Source of the DNA: Phycisphaerae bacterium
GTDB lineage: Bacteria; Planctomycetota; Phycisphaerae; UBA1845; Fen-1342
Assembly: GCA_963675745.2 (NCBI GenBank)
Contig: CAXXWX010000015.1
Location: forward strand, 421,285-485,284
Length of the DNA stretch: 64,000 nt
Reading direction: 5' to 3'
The stretch's first letter is position 1. Each line of letters starts with the position of its first letter. A model generated the notes under the pieces. The model saw nothing but the letters and a program-made list of their open reading frames with translations. It had not been told where the DNA came from and did no database searches. Positions 1 to 9,290 of the stretch are shown piece by piece. The translations under genes were made by a program, and so were the position numbers.

Positions 1-3000
1 GAGCTGTACGCCGCCGTCGGTGACGCGCTGGCGCTGCGGGCCGCCACCGAGCAGCAGTTACGGCGTGCTCGCGACGAGCTGGCCGAGCGCGACCACGAGA
101 TTCAGGAACTGACCGAGCAGATCGCCCGCAGTGACGAGCAGGCGGCGGGCTTTGATGCCAAGCTCAAGGAGCTCTATGAGGCGCTCGATCGCAAGTCGGC
201 CGCCGCGGGGCAACCCGTTCACGACACCGAACGCGCGCGCGTGTTGGATTCGCCGCACGAAGCGGAATTGCTGGCGAAGATCGAGACGCTGAAAGTGGTC
301 ATTCAGCGGCGCGACAGTGCGATCGCCGAACTGCGAACGCAACTGCGTGGTCAGGGCAAAACCGCCACGGCTTTGCGTGACGAGGTTGACAACCGCACGC
401 GCAAGCACATCGAGCTGCGCAGCCGGCTCGACAAAGCCGAGAAGCGCATCAACGAACTGCGTTCGTGGACGGAGACGTTGAATGTGCGCTTCAGCGAGAA
501 GGCCATGGAGCACCAGGAGCTGGAGGCTCGGCTGCGCGCCATGACCGACACGGGTGGCTGGAAGCTCGTGCAGTTGGTCTATCGCGTGCGTTACATGTTG
601 GCGCCGCGCGGGACGTGGCGTGATCGACTCGTGAAAACAGCCATGTATGCTCAGCGGCGTCTGCGGTTCCACGGACGGCGGGGCCCGGTAGCGCTCGCGC
701 GGGCCATCGGCGGGGCCACGCGGCGGGGTTTCCGGCGCGCCACCGGTGCGGAGCAAGCCGGGCCACTGCACGCCGGCCTCGAACTGGCGCGTTTGGATGC
801 GGACGCCGAGCCGGCCATCGAGCTCCCCGGGCTCGTCAGCGTAGTTCTCCCGGTCTACAACCAGGCCGACATGTTATCCGAGTCAATTGAGAGCGCGCTG
901 GCCCAGACCTACGAGAACTTCGAGCTGATCGTTGTCAACGACGGGGCAACGGATGGCGTCGAGCGCGTGCTGGCCAACTATGTCGGGCACCCCAAGGTGC
1001 GCCTGCTCACACAGCAGAATCAGGGGTTGCCCAAATCGTTGAGCAACGGTTTTGACTTTGCGCGCGGCGAATTCTGGACGTGGACGTCCGCCGACAATCT
1101 CATGGAACCGGAGCAGCTTGCCAGGCACGTCGAGTTTCTCCAGGCCAACCCCACGGCGGCGATGGTACACTCCGATTACCTGGCCATCGATGATCGCGGA
1201 CAGCCGCTGCGTGATCCAAATTTCCGGCCGCACAACCGCCGCACGCCGGATTCCCCCGAAATACGCCTGCCGCGCACGACGGATGGGCTCAGCACGCGCG
1301 ACGACAACTTCATCGGCGCGTGTTTCATGTATCGCGCGTGGGTTGGCCGTTTGATCGGCGAATACACGCCGAATATGGGTGTCGAGGATTACGACTACTG
1401 GATGCGCGTCAACGAGCTATTCACGATCAGGCACCTGGGGACAGACGACATACTCTATCGTTACCGCGTCCACGATAACACGCTCTGCGCGCGTGCCGTG
1501 GAACACGGAATCCCCGAGAGCGTGCGCCGCCTGATGGAACATCAGCGGCAACGGCACGCATACTACGAACAGTCCTGGAACATCCACGTCGATGACGCCA
1601 CGCGCGCCTGGGTCAGGAAGCTCAAGACCGGCGCGCACACGATTCGCAAGCTTGACGAGTCGCCCGCAAACGGTGCCGCCGACGCCAAGTCGCTGGTGCT
1701 GATCCGGGCTGACACGTTAGCGCGACTTGATGAATACACGCTACCGGAAAAGTGCTGCGTGGCCGTGTGGTTTGACCAGGAAGACGTCACCGCGCCGTAT
1801 CGCCTGAACTCGGACATCATCAGCCGCGCGGATGTCTGCTTCTGTGACGACGCGCGCACGCTTGCGCGTCTGGCCCTGTTCACGCGCCGGGCATACCACA
1901 CGGCGCCGGGGCAGACGTTGTTTGATCTGGCGCTCGCGTTTGCGAATAACAACGTGTTTTTCGACGATACGACCGCGACCGAGGTTCGCGCTCGCCACCT
2001 GCCACTGGCGTTTCAACCGCAGGACAGACGTCTGCGCGTGTTGCTGCAAGCCGACAATTTCATGCAGGGCGGATTCGAGCAGGTCGTGCTGGACGTGGCC
2101 GCCGTGCTTGACCCGCAGCGCTTCGATGTGTCGATTCTGGTGGTCGGCAGCGAGGGCCCCGCGGCGATCAAGGCCCAGGGAATGGGGTTGAAGGTGTTGC
2201 GTCTGCCGCCCGGCGATCGCGCCGAGGGCTATCGGCACCTGCTGACGCACGAACGGATCGATGTGGTTAATCCGCATTACTCCGTGTTCGGGGCGGCGGT
2301 GGCTTGCGACCTGGGGATTCCATTCATCCAGACCATCCACAGCACATACGTCTGGTTGACCGATCAGCAGATCCGCGAACACCGCGCCGCCGATCCGTTC
2401 ACTACAGCCTACCTGTGTGTATCAAGCGCGGCGGCGTCTTATGCCGACCTGCGCTATGGCTTCTCTCCGGCCAAAATGCTGATCGTGCCCAACGGCATTG
2501 ACGCGGAGGCGCTGGATCGGGTCCGCCAGACGCTCGACCGCGCGCGAGAGCGCCGGCAGCTCGGCTTCACGGACGAGCACTTTGTGTTTCTAGAGGTGGC
2601 TTCGATCTACCCGCCCAAGGGGCAGCTACTGTTGGTTCAAGCGCTGGCGCGGGCACTGGAGCACAACCCCAACATCCGCGTTGCGCTGCTGGGCCGGCCG
2701 ATGGACGAGCGCTATACACACCGGGTTCGCGAGGAGGCCCGCAAGCTCGGCGTCGAGCACGCGCTCAAGCTGCTCGGCTATCACGAAGGCGCTCAGAAGT
2801 ACTACTGCCTCAGTGACGCATTCGTGTTGCCGTCATTCTGCGAGGGTTGGAGTCTGGCACTGGCCGAGGCGCTCTACGCCGGCTTGCCGGTCATCAGCAC
2901 CGATGTTGGCAGCGCCGGCGATTTGCTGAAGATCACCGGCGGACGCCTGATCGCTCCGCCGTTTGAGTCGATTGTCGAGTTGGACCAGAACCGGCTTTAC

Positions 3001-3228
3001 CGCCTGGTCGACGGAGAGCACCCCAAGCTGGTCAGCGATCTGACCGACGCGCTGACCACCGTCGCCGACAACCCCGAGCCGCCGTACCTCACGGATCAGC
3101 GTCGCCGCGGCCTCGATCGCCGCACGGCCTACGAAGCCTACGCGAGAATCTTCCAATGGGCGGCCCTCGGCGGCGCCCCGACCGCCGCCCGCCCGTGGAT
3201 TCGCGAACTGCACGACATGCGGAAGTGA
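1..3228 (+). CDS. Multidomain glycosyltransferase: N-terminal coiled coil + GT2 + GT4 (5' partial)
   Basis: Frame is open from base 1 into ORF 241..3228. GT2 motifs VSVVLPVYNQ, LIVVNDGATD, NQGLPKSLSNG, EDYD. GT-B/GT4 motifs GGFEQVV, VPNGID, FVLPSFCEGWSLALAEALYAGLPVISTDVG. Confidence 0.85.
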   Translation, partial: ELYAAVGDALALRAATEQQLRRARDELAERDHEIQELTEQIARSDEQAAGFDAKLKELYEALDRKSAAAGQPVHDTERARVLDSPHEAELLAKIETLKVVIQRRDSAIAELRTQLRGQGKTATALRDEVDNRTRKHIELRSRLDKAEKRINELRSWTETLNVRFSEKAMEHQELEARLRAMTDTGGWKLVQLVYRVRYMLAPRGTWRDRLVKTAMYAQRRLRFHGRRGPVALARAIGGATRRGFRRATGAEQAGPLHAGLELARLDADAEPAIELPGLVSVVLPVYNQADMLSESIESALAQTYENFELIVVNDGATDGVERVLANYVGHPKVRLLTQQNQGLPKSLSNGFDFARGEFWTWTSADNLMEPEQLARHVEFLQANPTAAMVHSDYLAIDDRGQPLRDPNFRPHNRRTPDSPEIRLPRTTDGLSTRDDNFIGACFMYRAWVGRLIGEYTPNMGVEDYDYWMRVNELFTIRHLGTDDILYRYRVHDNTLCARAVEHGIPESVRRLMEHQRQRHAYYEQSWNIHVDDATRAWVRKLKTGAHTIRKLDESPANGAADAKSLVLIRADTLARLDEYTLPEKCCVAVWFDQEDVTAPYRLNSDIISRADVCFCDDARTLARLALFTRRAYHTAPGQTLFDLALAFANNNVFFDDTTATEVRARHLPLAFQPQDRRLRVLLQADNFMQGGFEQVVLDVAAVLDPQRFDVSILVVGSEGPAAIKAQGMGLKVLRLPPGDRAEGYRHLLTHERIDVVNPHYSVFGAAVACDLGIPFIQTIHSTYVWLTDQQIREHRAADPFTTAYLCVSSAAASYADLRYGFSPAKMLIVPNGIDAEALDRVRQTLDRARERRQLGFTDEHFVFLEVASIYPPKGQLLLVQALARALEHNPNIRVALLGRPMDERYTHRVREEARKLGVEHALKLLGYHEGAQKYYCLSDAFVLPSFCEGWSLALAEALYAGLPVISTDVGSAGDLLKITGGRLIAPPFESIVELDQNRLYRLVDGEHPKLVSDLTDALTTVADNPEPPYLTDQRRRGLDRRTAYEAYARIFQWAALGGAPTAARPWIRELHDMRK

Positions 3229-3231
3229 GAA

Positions 3232-3320
3232 TAGTCGTCAGTTTGCAGTTGTCAGTTTGCAGTTGGCAGTAAGCAGTCCCGATCGCGAGTTTCTGACTTC
3301 TTACTTCTGACTTCTAACTT
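3232..3320. repeat. Converging heptamer tandem arrays (CAGTNNG-type and TTCTNAC-type)
   Basis: cagtttg-cagttgt-cagtttg-cagttgg-cagtaag followed by ttctgac-ttcttac-ttctgac-ttctaac, lying between two convergent genes. Confidence 0.85.
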
Positions 3321-5212
3321 CCCTTCGGATATCCCACCTCCGCCAATGAGTCCTTGATCTCTCCCAGCGTGGTCGGGTCGTCGATCGTGGCCGGGGCGCG
3401 GTATTCAGTGCCGTCGGCGATTCTCTTCATCGTGCCGCGCAGCACTTTGCCCGAGCGCGTCTTGGGGAGTCGCTTGACCACGGTTACCAGCTTGAAGGCG
3501 GCGACGGGGCCGATCTTGTCGCGCACCATCTGCACCAGCTCTTTCGTTATCTCGGCGTGCGGGCGCTCGACTCCCGACTTGAGCACCACGAACCCGAGCG
3601 GCACTTCGCCCTTCAGCTTGTCCGCCGCCCCGACCACGGCGCACTCGGCGACATCCGGGTGGGCCGCCAGCACCTCTTCCATGCCGCCGGTGGAGAGGCG
3701 GTGGCCGGCGACGTTTATGATGTCGTCGGTGCGCCCCATGATGTAGAGATAGCCGTCCTCGTCGCGATAGCCCGCGTCAGCCGTCAGATAGCAGCCCTCA
3801 AACGCGCTCAGATATGAGCTGACGTAACCGTCGTCATTCTGCCAGAGTGTTGGCAGACATCCCGGGGGCAGCGGCAGCTTGATGACGATGCTGCCGTTTT
3901 CACCGTCCGGCACCTGCTTGCCGTTTTCATTGACGATCCGCACGTCATAGCCGGGTACGGCCCGCGTCGGCGAGCCCGGTTTGACCGGCGCCGGATCGAG
4001 CCCCATGCAGTTCGCCGCGATGGCCCACGCCGTCTCAGTCTGCCACCAGTGGTCGATCACCGGAACGCCCAGCTTCTGCTGGGCCCAGGCGAGCGTGTCG
4101 GGGTCGCAGCGTTCGCCGGCCAGGAACAGCGTGCGGAAGCCGCTCATGTCGTGCTTGCCGATGTAACTGCCCTCGGGGTCGTCGCGTTTGATGGCCCGGA
4201 AGGCCGTCGGCGCGGTGAACAGCACGCCGACGTTGTGCTGCGAGATGACGCGCCAGAATGCGCCGGGATCGGGCGTGCCCACCGGCTTGCCCTCAAAGAT
4301 GATCGTCGTGCAGCCGTAGAGCAGCGGCGCGTAGATGATGTACGAATGCCCGACCACCCAGCCGATGTCCGACGCGGCCCAGTAAACCTCGCCCGGCTCG
4401 ACGTTGTAGATGTTCTTCATGCTCCAGACCATGGCGACCGCATGGCCGCCGTTGTCGCGCACCACACCCTTCGGCACGCCGGTGGTTCCCGACGTGTAGA
4501 GGATGTAGAGCGGGTCGGTCGCTTCGAGTGGCACGCAGTCAGCGGGCTCGGCGTCGGCCACGGCGGCGTTCCAATCGACGTCGCGCTCGGTCATCGTCGC
4601 CTGGGCCTGCGGGCGCTGCAGGATGATGCACTTCTCGGGCTTGGCCGTGGACAGGCGTATGGCTTCGTCGAGCAGGGGCTTGTATTCGATGACCTTCTTG
4701 CCCTCGATGCCGCACGAGGCCGACACGATCAGCTTGGGCTTGGCGTCGTCGATGCGCGTGGCGAGCTCCTTGGCGGCGAACCCGCCAAAGACCACCGAGT
4801 GAACCGCGCCGAGCCGCGCGCAGGCGTACATTGCCACCAATGACTCGGGGATCATCGGCATGTAGATCACGACGCGATCGCCCTTGGTCACGCCTTGTTG
4901 CCGCAAGGCGCCGGCGAAGCAGGCCACCTGGTCACGCAGCTCGCGATAGGTGATGGTCTTGACGGTGTCGGTGACCGGGCTGTCGTAGATGACCGCCGCC
5001 TGATCGCCGCGCCCGCGTTCGACATGCCGATCGATCGCGTTGTAGCAGGTGTTTAGCTGGCCGCCAACGAACCAGCGGTAGAAGGGCTTGTTCGAGCTGT
5101 CGAGCACGCGGTCCCAACGTTTGTACCAGTCAATGCCCTCGGCGGCTTCGGCCCAGAACTCCTCGGGCGTCTCCAGCGATCGGCGGTAGGCCTCTTCATA
5201 CGCGCTCGGCAT
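3314..5212 (-). CDS. prpE: Propionyl-CoA synthetase (acetate/propionate-CoA ligase family)
   Basis: YILYTSGTTGVPKG AMP-binding motif, DHWWQTET, GRTDDIINVAGHRLSTG, LPKTRSGK. GVVRDNGGHAVA is typical of the PrpE-like subfamily. Confidence 0.85.
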   Translation of the reverse strand: MPSAYEEAYRRSLETPEEFWAEAAEGIDWYKRWDRVLDSSNKPFYRWFVGGQLNTCYNAIDRHVERGRGDQAAVIYDSPVTDTVKTITYRELRDQVACFAGALRQQGVTKGDRVVIYMPMIPESLVAMYACARLGAVHSVVFGGFAAKELATRIDDAKPKLIVSASCGIEGKKVIEYKPLLDEAIRLSTAKPEKCIILQRPQAQATMTERDVDWNAAVADAEPADCVPLEATDPLYILYTSGTTGVPKGVVRDNGGHAVAMVWSMKNIYNVEPGEVYWAASDIGWVVGHSYIIYAPLLYGCTTIIFEGKPVGTPDPGAFWRVISQHNVGVLFTAPTAFRAIKRDDPEGSYIGKHDMSGFRTLFLAGERCDPDTLAWAQQKLGVPVIDHWWQTETAWAIAANCMGLDPAPVKPGSPTRAVPGYDVRIVNENGKQVPDGENGSIVIKLPLPPGCLPTLWQNDDGYVSSYLSAFEGCYLTADAGYRDEDGYLYIMGRTDDIINVAGHRLSTGGMEEVLAAHPDVAECAVVGAADKLKGEVPLGFVVLKSGVERPHAEITKELVQMVRDKIGPVAAFKLVTVVKRLPKTRSGKVLRGTMKRIADGTEYRAPATIDDPTTLGEIKDSLAEVGYPKGS

Positions 5213-5369
5213 AACCCTTGCTCCTTTTCGATCGATCCACCCCGTCAGCGGTTGGGCTCGGCGTCACCTGACTGCCGCAAACAACCACGCCGGCGGAAGC
5301 CGCATTGTAGCACCGACCCTCCATTCCATCACGGCGGCCGGGTGCCGACAAGTGTCGCAGATGACGCTC

Positions 5370-5450
5370 CCGGTGCGCCACTGCTCTTGAGCAGTGCGAA
5401 TGCCGATGCGGCGACGTGTCCCGCACTGCTCGAAAGCAGTGGCACACCGG
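5370..5450. repeat. REPIN-like inverted pair (GTGTGCCACTGCTC..GAGCAGTGC family)
   Basis: ggtgcgccactgctcttgagcagtgc ... gcactgctcgaaagcagtggcacacc. Further single copies near 5770-5794 and 52054-52078. Confidence 0.8.
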
Positions 5451-5511
5451 CCGTTCCGCCGCGCAGCAGAATCGCAGATCGTCGGCGCGACGCGGCGCCA
5501 TCGGCACTCGG

Positions 5512-5727
5512 CGGCCGGCGAGGCGCCGGCCGTTACACCGAGGCCCGCACACACGGCACTGTAGATGGGGATGCAAGCTCCTTGGTCTCCCGAGTACAAC
5601 TCGGGTGGGTAAATCGAGTTTCCTGACCAAGCGGCCGGCGCCTCGCAGGCCGTGGACTGCCGATGAATCCCCGTCGACGAACAATCCCACACGCCACCCG
5701 CCGTAGCGGCCTGCGCCTCGCAGGCCG
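5512..5727. repeat. Cluster of three GTAG/GTAA-type REP palindromes (TGTARCGGCCKGCGCCTCGCMGGCCG)
   Basis: Copies at about 5512-5537 (minus), 5631-5652 and 5703-5727. Confidence 0.8.
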
Positions 5728-5832
5728 TCGAGCGCCGGTGCCCCTGCATACGCGTGATGGCTCAGGATTGCACTGCTCGAGAGCATTGGCACACGTGCTG
5801 GCCACCTCCTGACGCGCACACCGCCGCCGCAC

Positions 5833-6058
5833 TAGGTCGGCTTCAGCCGACCTGTTCTTGCCACCAACTTCAGTTGGTGGATGAGGCACTGCCCCGATTC
5901 CCGTCCACTGGTAGCCGGCTTCAGCCGGGCTTTCGGCGCTGCGATGCAGGAAAGGAAGCCGGCTGAAGCCCGGCTTGCGAGGTGATAGAGATAACAACGG
6001 CTGCCGCGCACCACCAGTTAAAACTGGTGGCACTCACCGGTCGGCTGAAGCCGACCCG
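5833..6058. repeat. Symmetric multi-hairpin element (CGGCTTCAGCCG family), MITE/REP-like
   Basis: Left arm ggtcggcttcagccgacc..gccaccaacttcagttggtgg. Central pair agccggcttcagccgggct / agccggctgaagcccggct. Right arm ccaccagttaaaactggtggc..ggtcggctgaagccgacc. Confidence 0.75.
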
Positions 6059-6112
6059 GACTTGTACCTGCCAATCCGCATCGTCGGCGCCGCGCGATGA
6101 TGGTACGATTGT

Positions 6113-7624
6113 GTGGAATCTCGCGGGGTATCCGGCGTGGACGACTCAACCGACAACCCGACCGCCGAACCGACGACGCCGGCGTGCCCGGTGCCGCCGC
6201 CCGGTACGGCGTGGGAGACCGAACTCCCGCGACGCTTCGTCTGGCTCAAACGCATCGCGGTCGGCGCCGGCGTCGTGCTGGTGCTGCTGGTCGGCCTGCG
6301 TCTCTGGTGGGGCTACGCCGCCAAACACGCCCTGGATCGCAAGATCGCCGAGCTGCGCGCGGCGGGGTATGGCGTGTACCCGGAAGACATGCCGAAAGAT
6401 GACAAGTTGCGCAGCGAGGAAGCGGCCGAATTGTGGGACCAGGCGGCTTGGGCGGCGGCGCAGGTGTTCGATCCCAACGGCCTGGGTCCCGGCGACCTGC
6501 TTGCCGACCGGAACCTGATCACGTTGCGACGCGACGATGTAGATGCTCTGATCGCCGGCTACACCCCGGCGTTTGACTTGCTACGCAAAGCGCGCGAGAT
6601 GCCGCCGGGAGAGTGGAATATTCCATGGGGCATCTCGGCTGTGCTGCCAGCCGGGCTTGCAGGTTACCGCGCATTAGCAAAGGCAATCTGTGATGTTGCC
6701 GTGTACGACGCGTTTACGGGCGACTTTGCGAGGGGCGTTGCGCACCTGCGGGATGCACTGGCAATCGGCTGTGCGCTCCGGCATCAACGTGGGTTTCTGA
6801 TCAACATGTTGGTGTCAATCGCGGTGGACTCACTCGCCGCTGGCCGTGTTGAACAGATTCTGATGCACGCTGCGTCAATACCGAACGCCGGGGCGGAGCG
6901 GCCCGCCGCGATTCGCACGGAGGCAGCAATCCTCATCGATGTGCTGATCGATGAAACGGAAATGGCGTCATCCTGGATCGCGGCGTGGCATCGCGAGCGC
7001 CACGTTGTCGTGGATGAACTACAGCAACTTCTGGACGCCAAGGCCCTGCCGCAGACGCTAATCCGCTTCCCTCGCCCAATGCCAAGACCGAGGGACCATG
7101 CCCTGGCGGCACTGCTGTCACCAGCGTGGCGTGTGGATGCGATCGGGGCCCTTGAAGAGTGCGTCGCGATGGAGCGGGCGAGTCTCGCATCAACCTACTC
7201 GGCGGGCAACGAGCAATCGCAGTGGGTCTACGCGTACCCGAGAACTACACTCCCTGCTGCCGTGCGGTTTTGGCACGGCGACCTGCTGGATCGTGTCGTG
7301 CTCCTCAAATTCCGAGCAACTGCCCAGCGCCGTCTCGCGGCCACGGCGCTGGCGATCTACCTCTACAAACTTGACACCGGTGAGCGCCCGGCGACGTTGA
7401 CAGAGCTGGTACCGACGTATCTCCCAACGCTGCCAACCGACCCGTTCTCGCCTGACGGCGCCACATTTCGATATCGCCCGCACGGCGAGCGCGGCCTGAT
7501 CTACAGCCTCGGCCCGAACGGCGTGGACGATGGCGGCGTGAACAGCGAAGAGCCGGACGGCGGCGATCTCCTGTTCCACCTCGACCCGCCTCCGCCCGGC
7601 GACGATGACGCCGCCGACAGGTAG
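6113..7624 (+). CDS. Membrane-anchored hypothetical protein with GspG-like C-terminal motif
   Basis: N-terminal TM (IAVGAGVVLVLLVGL). C-terminal PATLTELVPTYLPTLPTDPF..FRY..IYSLGPNGVDDGG resembles the GspG/T2SSG core, but there is no prepilin cleavage site. Confidence 0.65.
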   Translation: MESRGVSGVDDSTDNPTAEPTTPACPVPPPGTAWETELPRRFVWLKRIAVGAGVVLVLLVGLRLWWGYAAKHALDRKIAELRAAGYGVYPEDMPKDDKLRSEEAAELWDQAAWAAAQVFDPNGLGPGDLLADRNLITLRRDDVDALIAGYTPAFDLLRKAREMPPGEWNIPWGISAVLPAGLAGYRALAKAICDVAVYDAFTGDFARGVAHLRDALAIGCALRHQRGFLINMLVSIAVDSLAAGRVEQILMHAASIPNAGAERPAAIRTEAAILIDVLIDETEMASSWIAAWHRERHVVVDELQQLLDAKALPQTLIRFPRPMPRPRDHALAALLSPAWRVDAIGALEECVAMERASLASTYSAGNEQSQWVYAYPRTTLPAAVRFWHGDLLDRVVLLKFRATAQRRLAATALAIYLYKLDTGERPATLTELVPTYLPTLPTDPFSPDGATFRYRPHGERGLIYSLGPNGVDDGGVNSEEPDGGDLLFHLDPPPPGDDDAADR

Positions 7625-7639
7625 CAGCAATCCCCAAAC

Positions 7640-7727
7640 ATGTGGCACTGGTTTTGCGCTACGCTTCGCCTGCGGCGTGTAACCAGTGGTCAGTGGATCT
7701 CTCACCGGCTGGAAACCGGTGCCACAT
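7640..7727. repeat. REPIN-like inverted pair (TGTGGCACCGGTTTCCAGCCGGTG family)
   Basis: atgtggcactggttt ... caccggctggaaaccggtgccacat. Same family as 52091-52182. Confidence 0.8.
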
Positions 7728-7755
7728 GGGTATCGGGGTGGATTCCGGCAAGCGT

Positions 7756-7969
7756 GTCGCCCCAACGGGGCGAGGGCGCCTGGCCACGGGTGGAGCGCAG
7801 CGCAACCCGTGGATCGAAGGGGGGCTTACCATCGTTCCGCCCCGAAGGGGCGAGGGCGCCTGGCGCATGCGTCCTTCCCCCGCCCCTGCCGGGGCGGTGT
7901 GGTAGTCGCGTCCACGGGTTGCGCTGCGCTCCACCCGTGGCTACGCTCCCGCGCCCCTGCCGGGGCGAG
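7756..7969. repeat. Composite palindromic element (CGCCCC..GGGGCG and CCACGGG..CCCGTGG hairpins)
   Basis: gccacgggtggagcgcagcgcaacccgtgg at about 7783 and its reverse complement at about 7912, with four cgcccc(n)ggggcg hairpins. Confidence 0.8.
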
Positions 7970-8034
7970 GCGCGACACGCCGCCGTAATCCCAAAGACAG
8001 CGACGCACCCACGGCGCTCCGCCTCTACCGGCCT

Positions 8035-8863
8035 TCACGGCCAGTTGTTGATGATGATCGCGATGTAGATGACGATGACTGGGACGACGAGTGGGAGGAC
8101 GCCTCCGAGTAGCCAGAGCAGCGGAATGCCGATCGCCGCTTTGAGCGTGGCGATCCGGCTCCGCAGCGTGGCGCGGGCACAGCGCACGAGGCTGAGCCAC
8201 CACATCCCCAGCAGCAGGAGGGCGAGAAGAATGGCGACAAGGTAAACCACCGGCATATCATCCGGCTGAGTTAAGTACTGCGCCAGGAGTCCGAAGATCA
8301 ACCCGACGCATGGAAACAGCGCCAGCGCCCCATTGCAGTAATAGCTCAGCGTCGCCGCGCGCACGCGCTGCGGGCGCGACATGCCGCGGCGCCAGAACAG
8401 CCAGCTTGGCAGGCCGGTCGCGGCGATAATCCACAATACGCCCGCGGCCGCCAGCGACACGCCGGCTACGAGCGTTGTACTCGCCGAAGAAGTCGACGAA
8501 GCGCTCGCCCCACTCCTCGTACCACAGCAGCGGCAGCGCGACCGCCAACGTGACAATCAGGTGCGACGCCGAGATCCAGCGGAAGAGCTGCGCGTCGCGG
8601 TAATTCACCGGCCGGTACATCTCGCGCGCCAGCAGACCCGTGCGGCAGACGACGAGCGCCACCGTTTCCCAGTATGTCCGCGTCCAGCCGCGCTCGCTGT
8701 GGTGACACCACGGAACGCCGGACGCCGTCTCGCGGGCATAGTCGAGCGCGTCGCCGCACTCGGGGCAGTTATTGCCGGTCAGGCCGCGCAGGTCATAGCC
8801 GCATTTGCAGCAGATGACGCCGACCGGCAGCGGCGGTAGCTCTGGTGCGGGCGAAGTGCTCAT
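8035..8863 (-). CDS. Zn-ribbon (CxxCGYDLRGL..CPECG) membrane protein, split by a frameshift near 8475
   Basis: ORF 8258..8878 gives the N-terminal CCKCGYDLRGLTGNNCPECG. ORF 8035..8556 continues with TM helices (TLVAGVSLAAAGVLWII...). Confidence 0.7.
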
Positions 8864-8930
8864 GGCAGCCGGCAGCATAGCGGCGGTGGCGACAATGGCT
8901 CAACACCGGCGGCAGTTTGCGGGGTGGTTT

Positions 8931-9242
8931 TTAGAGGTCAGAGGTTAGAGGTTAGAGGTCAGATTTCAGATTTCAGATTTCAGGAACGGCAACAGCAGGC
9001 AGGGAACTGGGAACGGGGAACGGGGAATGGTCGGCCGCTTTCCATCTCGTTGCCTAGCTGCCTAGTTGCCTGGTTGCCGGCTGTTGCCTTGTTGCCTTGT
9101 TGCCTACCGTTACCTGTTGTTGCCTCGTTGCCTCGCTGCCTCGCTGCCTGGTTGCCTGCCGCTCCCCCTCCCGACCTCCGAAAACCCAAAGCCAACCGCT
9201 TTCTTGCTTCTGACTTCTTACTTCTTACTTCTTACTTCCTTA
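8931..9242. repeat. Mixed heptamer/octamer tandem repeat tract
   Basis: (agaggty)4, (agatttc)3, (gggaacn)4, (ttgcctng)n, (ttcttac)n. Confidence 0.85.
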
Positions 9243-9290
9243 CAATCCTGCAACACAGTTTTCATTCCCCTAGTCAACAGGAGCGGGGCG

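Noticed and set aside
5196..6033. Several overlapping ORFs with repeated STACEA motifs, superficially like a peptide precursor
   Set aside because: The repeats are translations of REP palindromes, and there is no coding signal.
8924..9290. Long ORF extensions (8924..9637, and 9066..9290 of the FG-GAP ORF)
   Set aside because: They translate heptamer/octamer repeats. The real start with SD and signal peptide is 9291.
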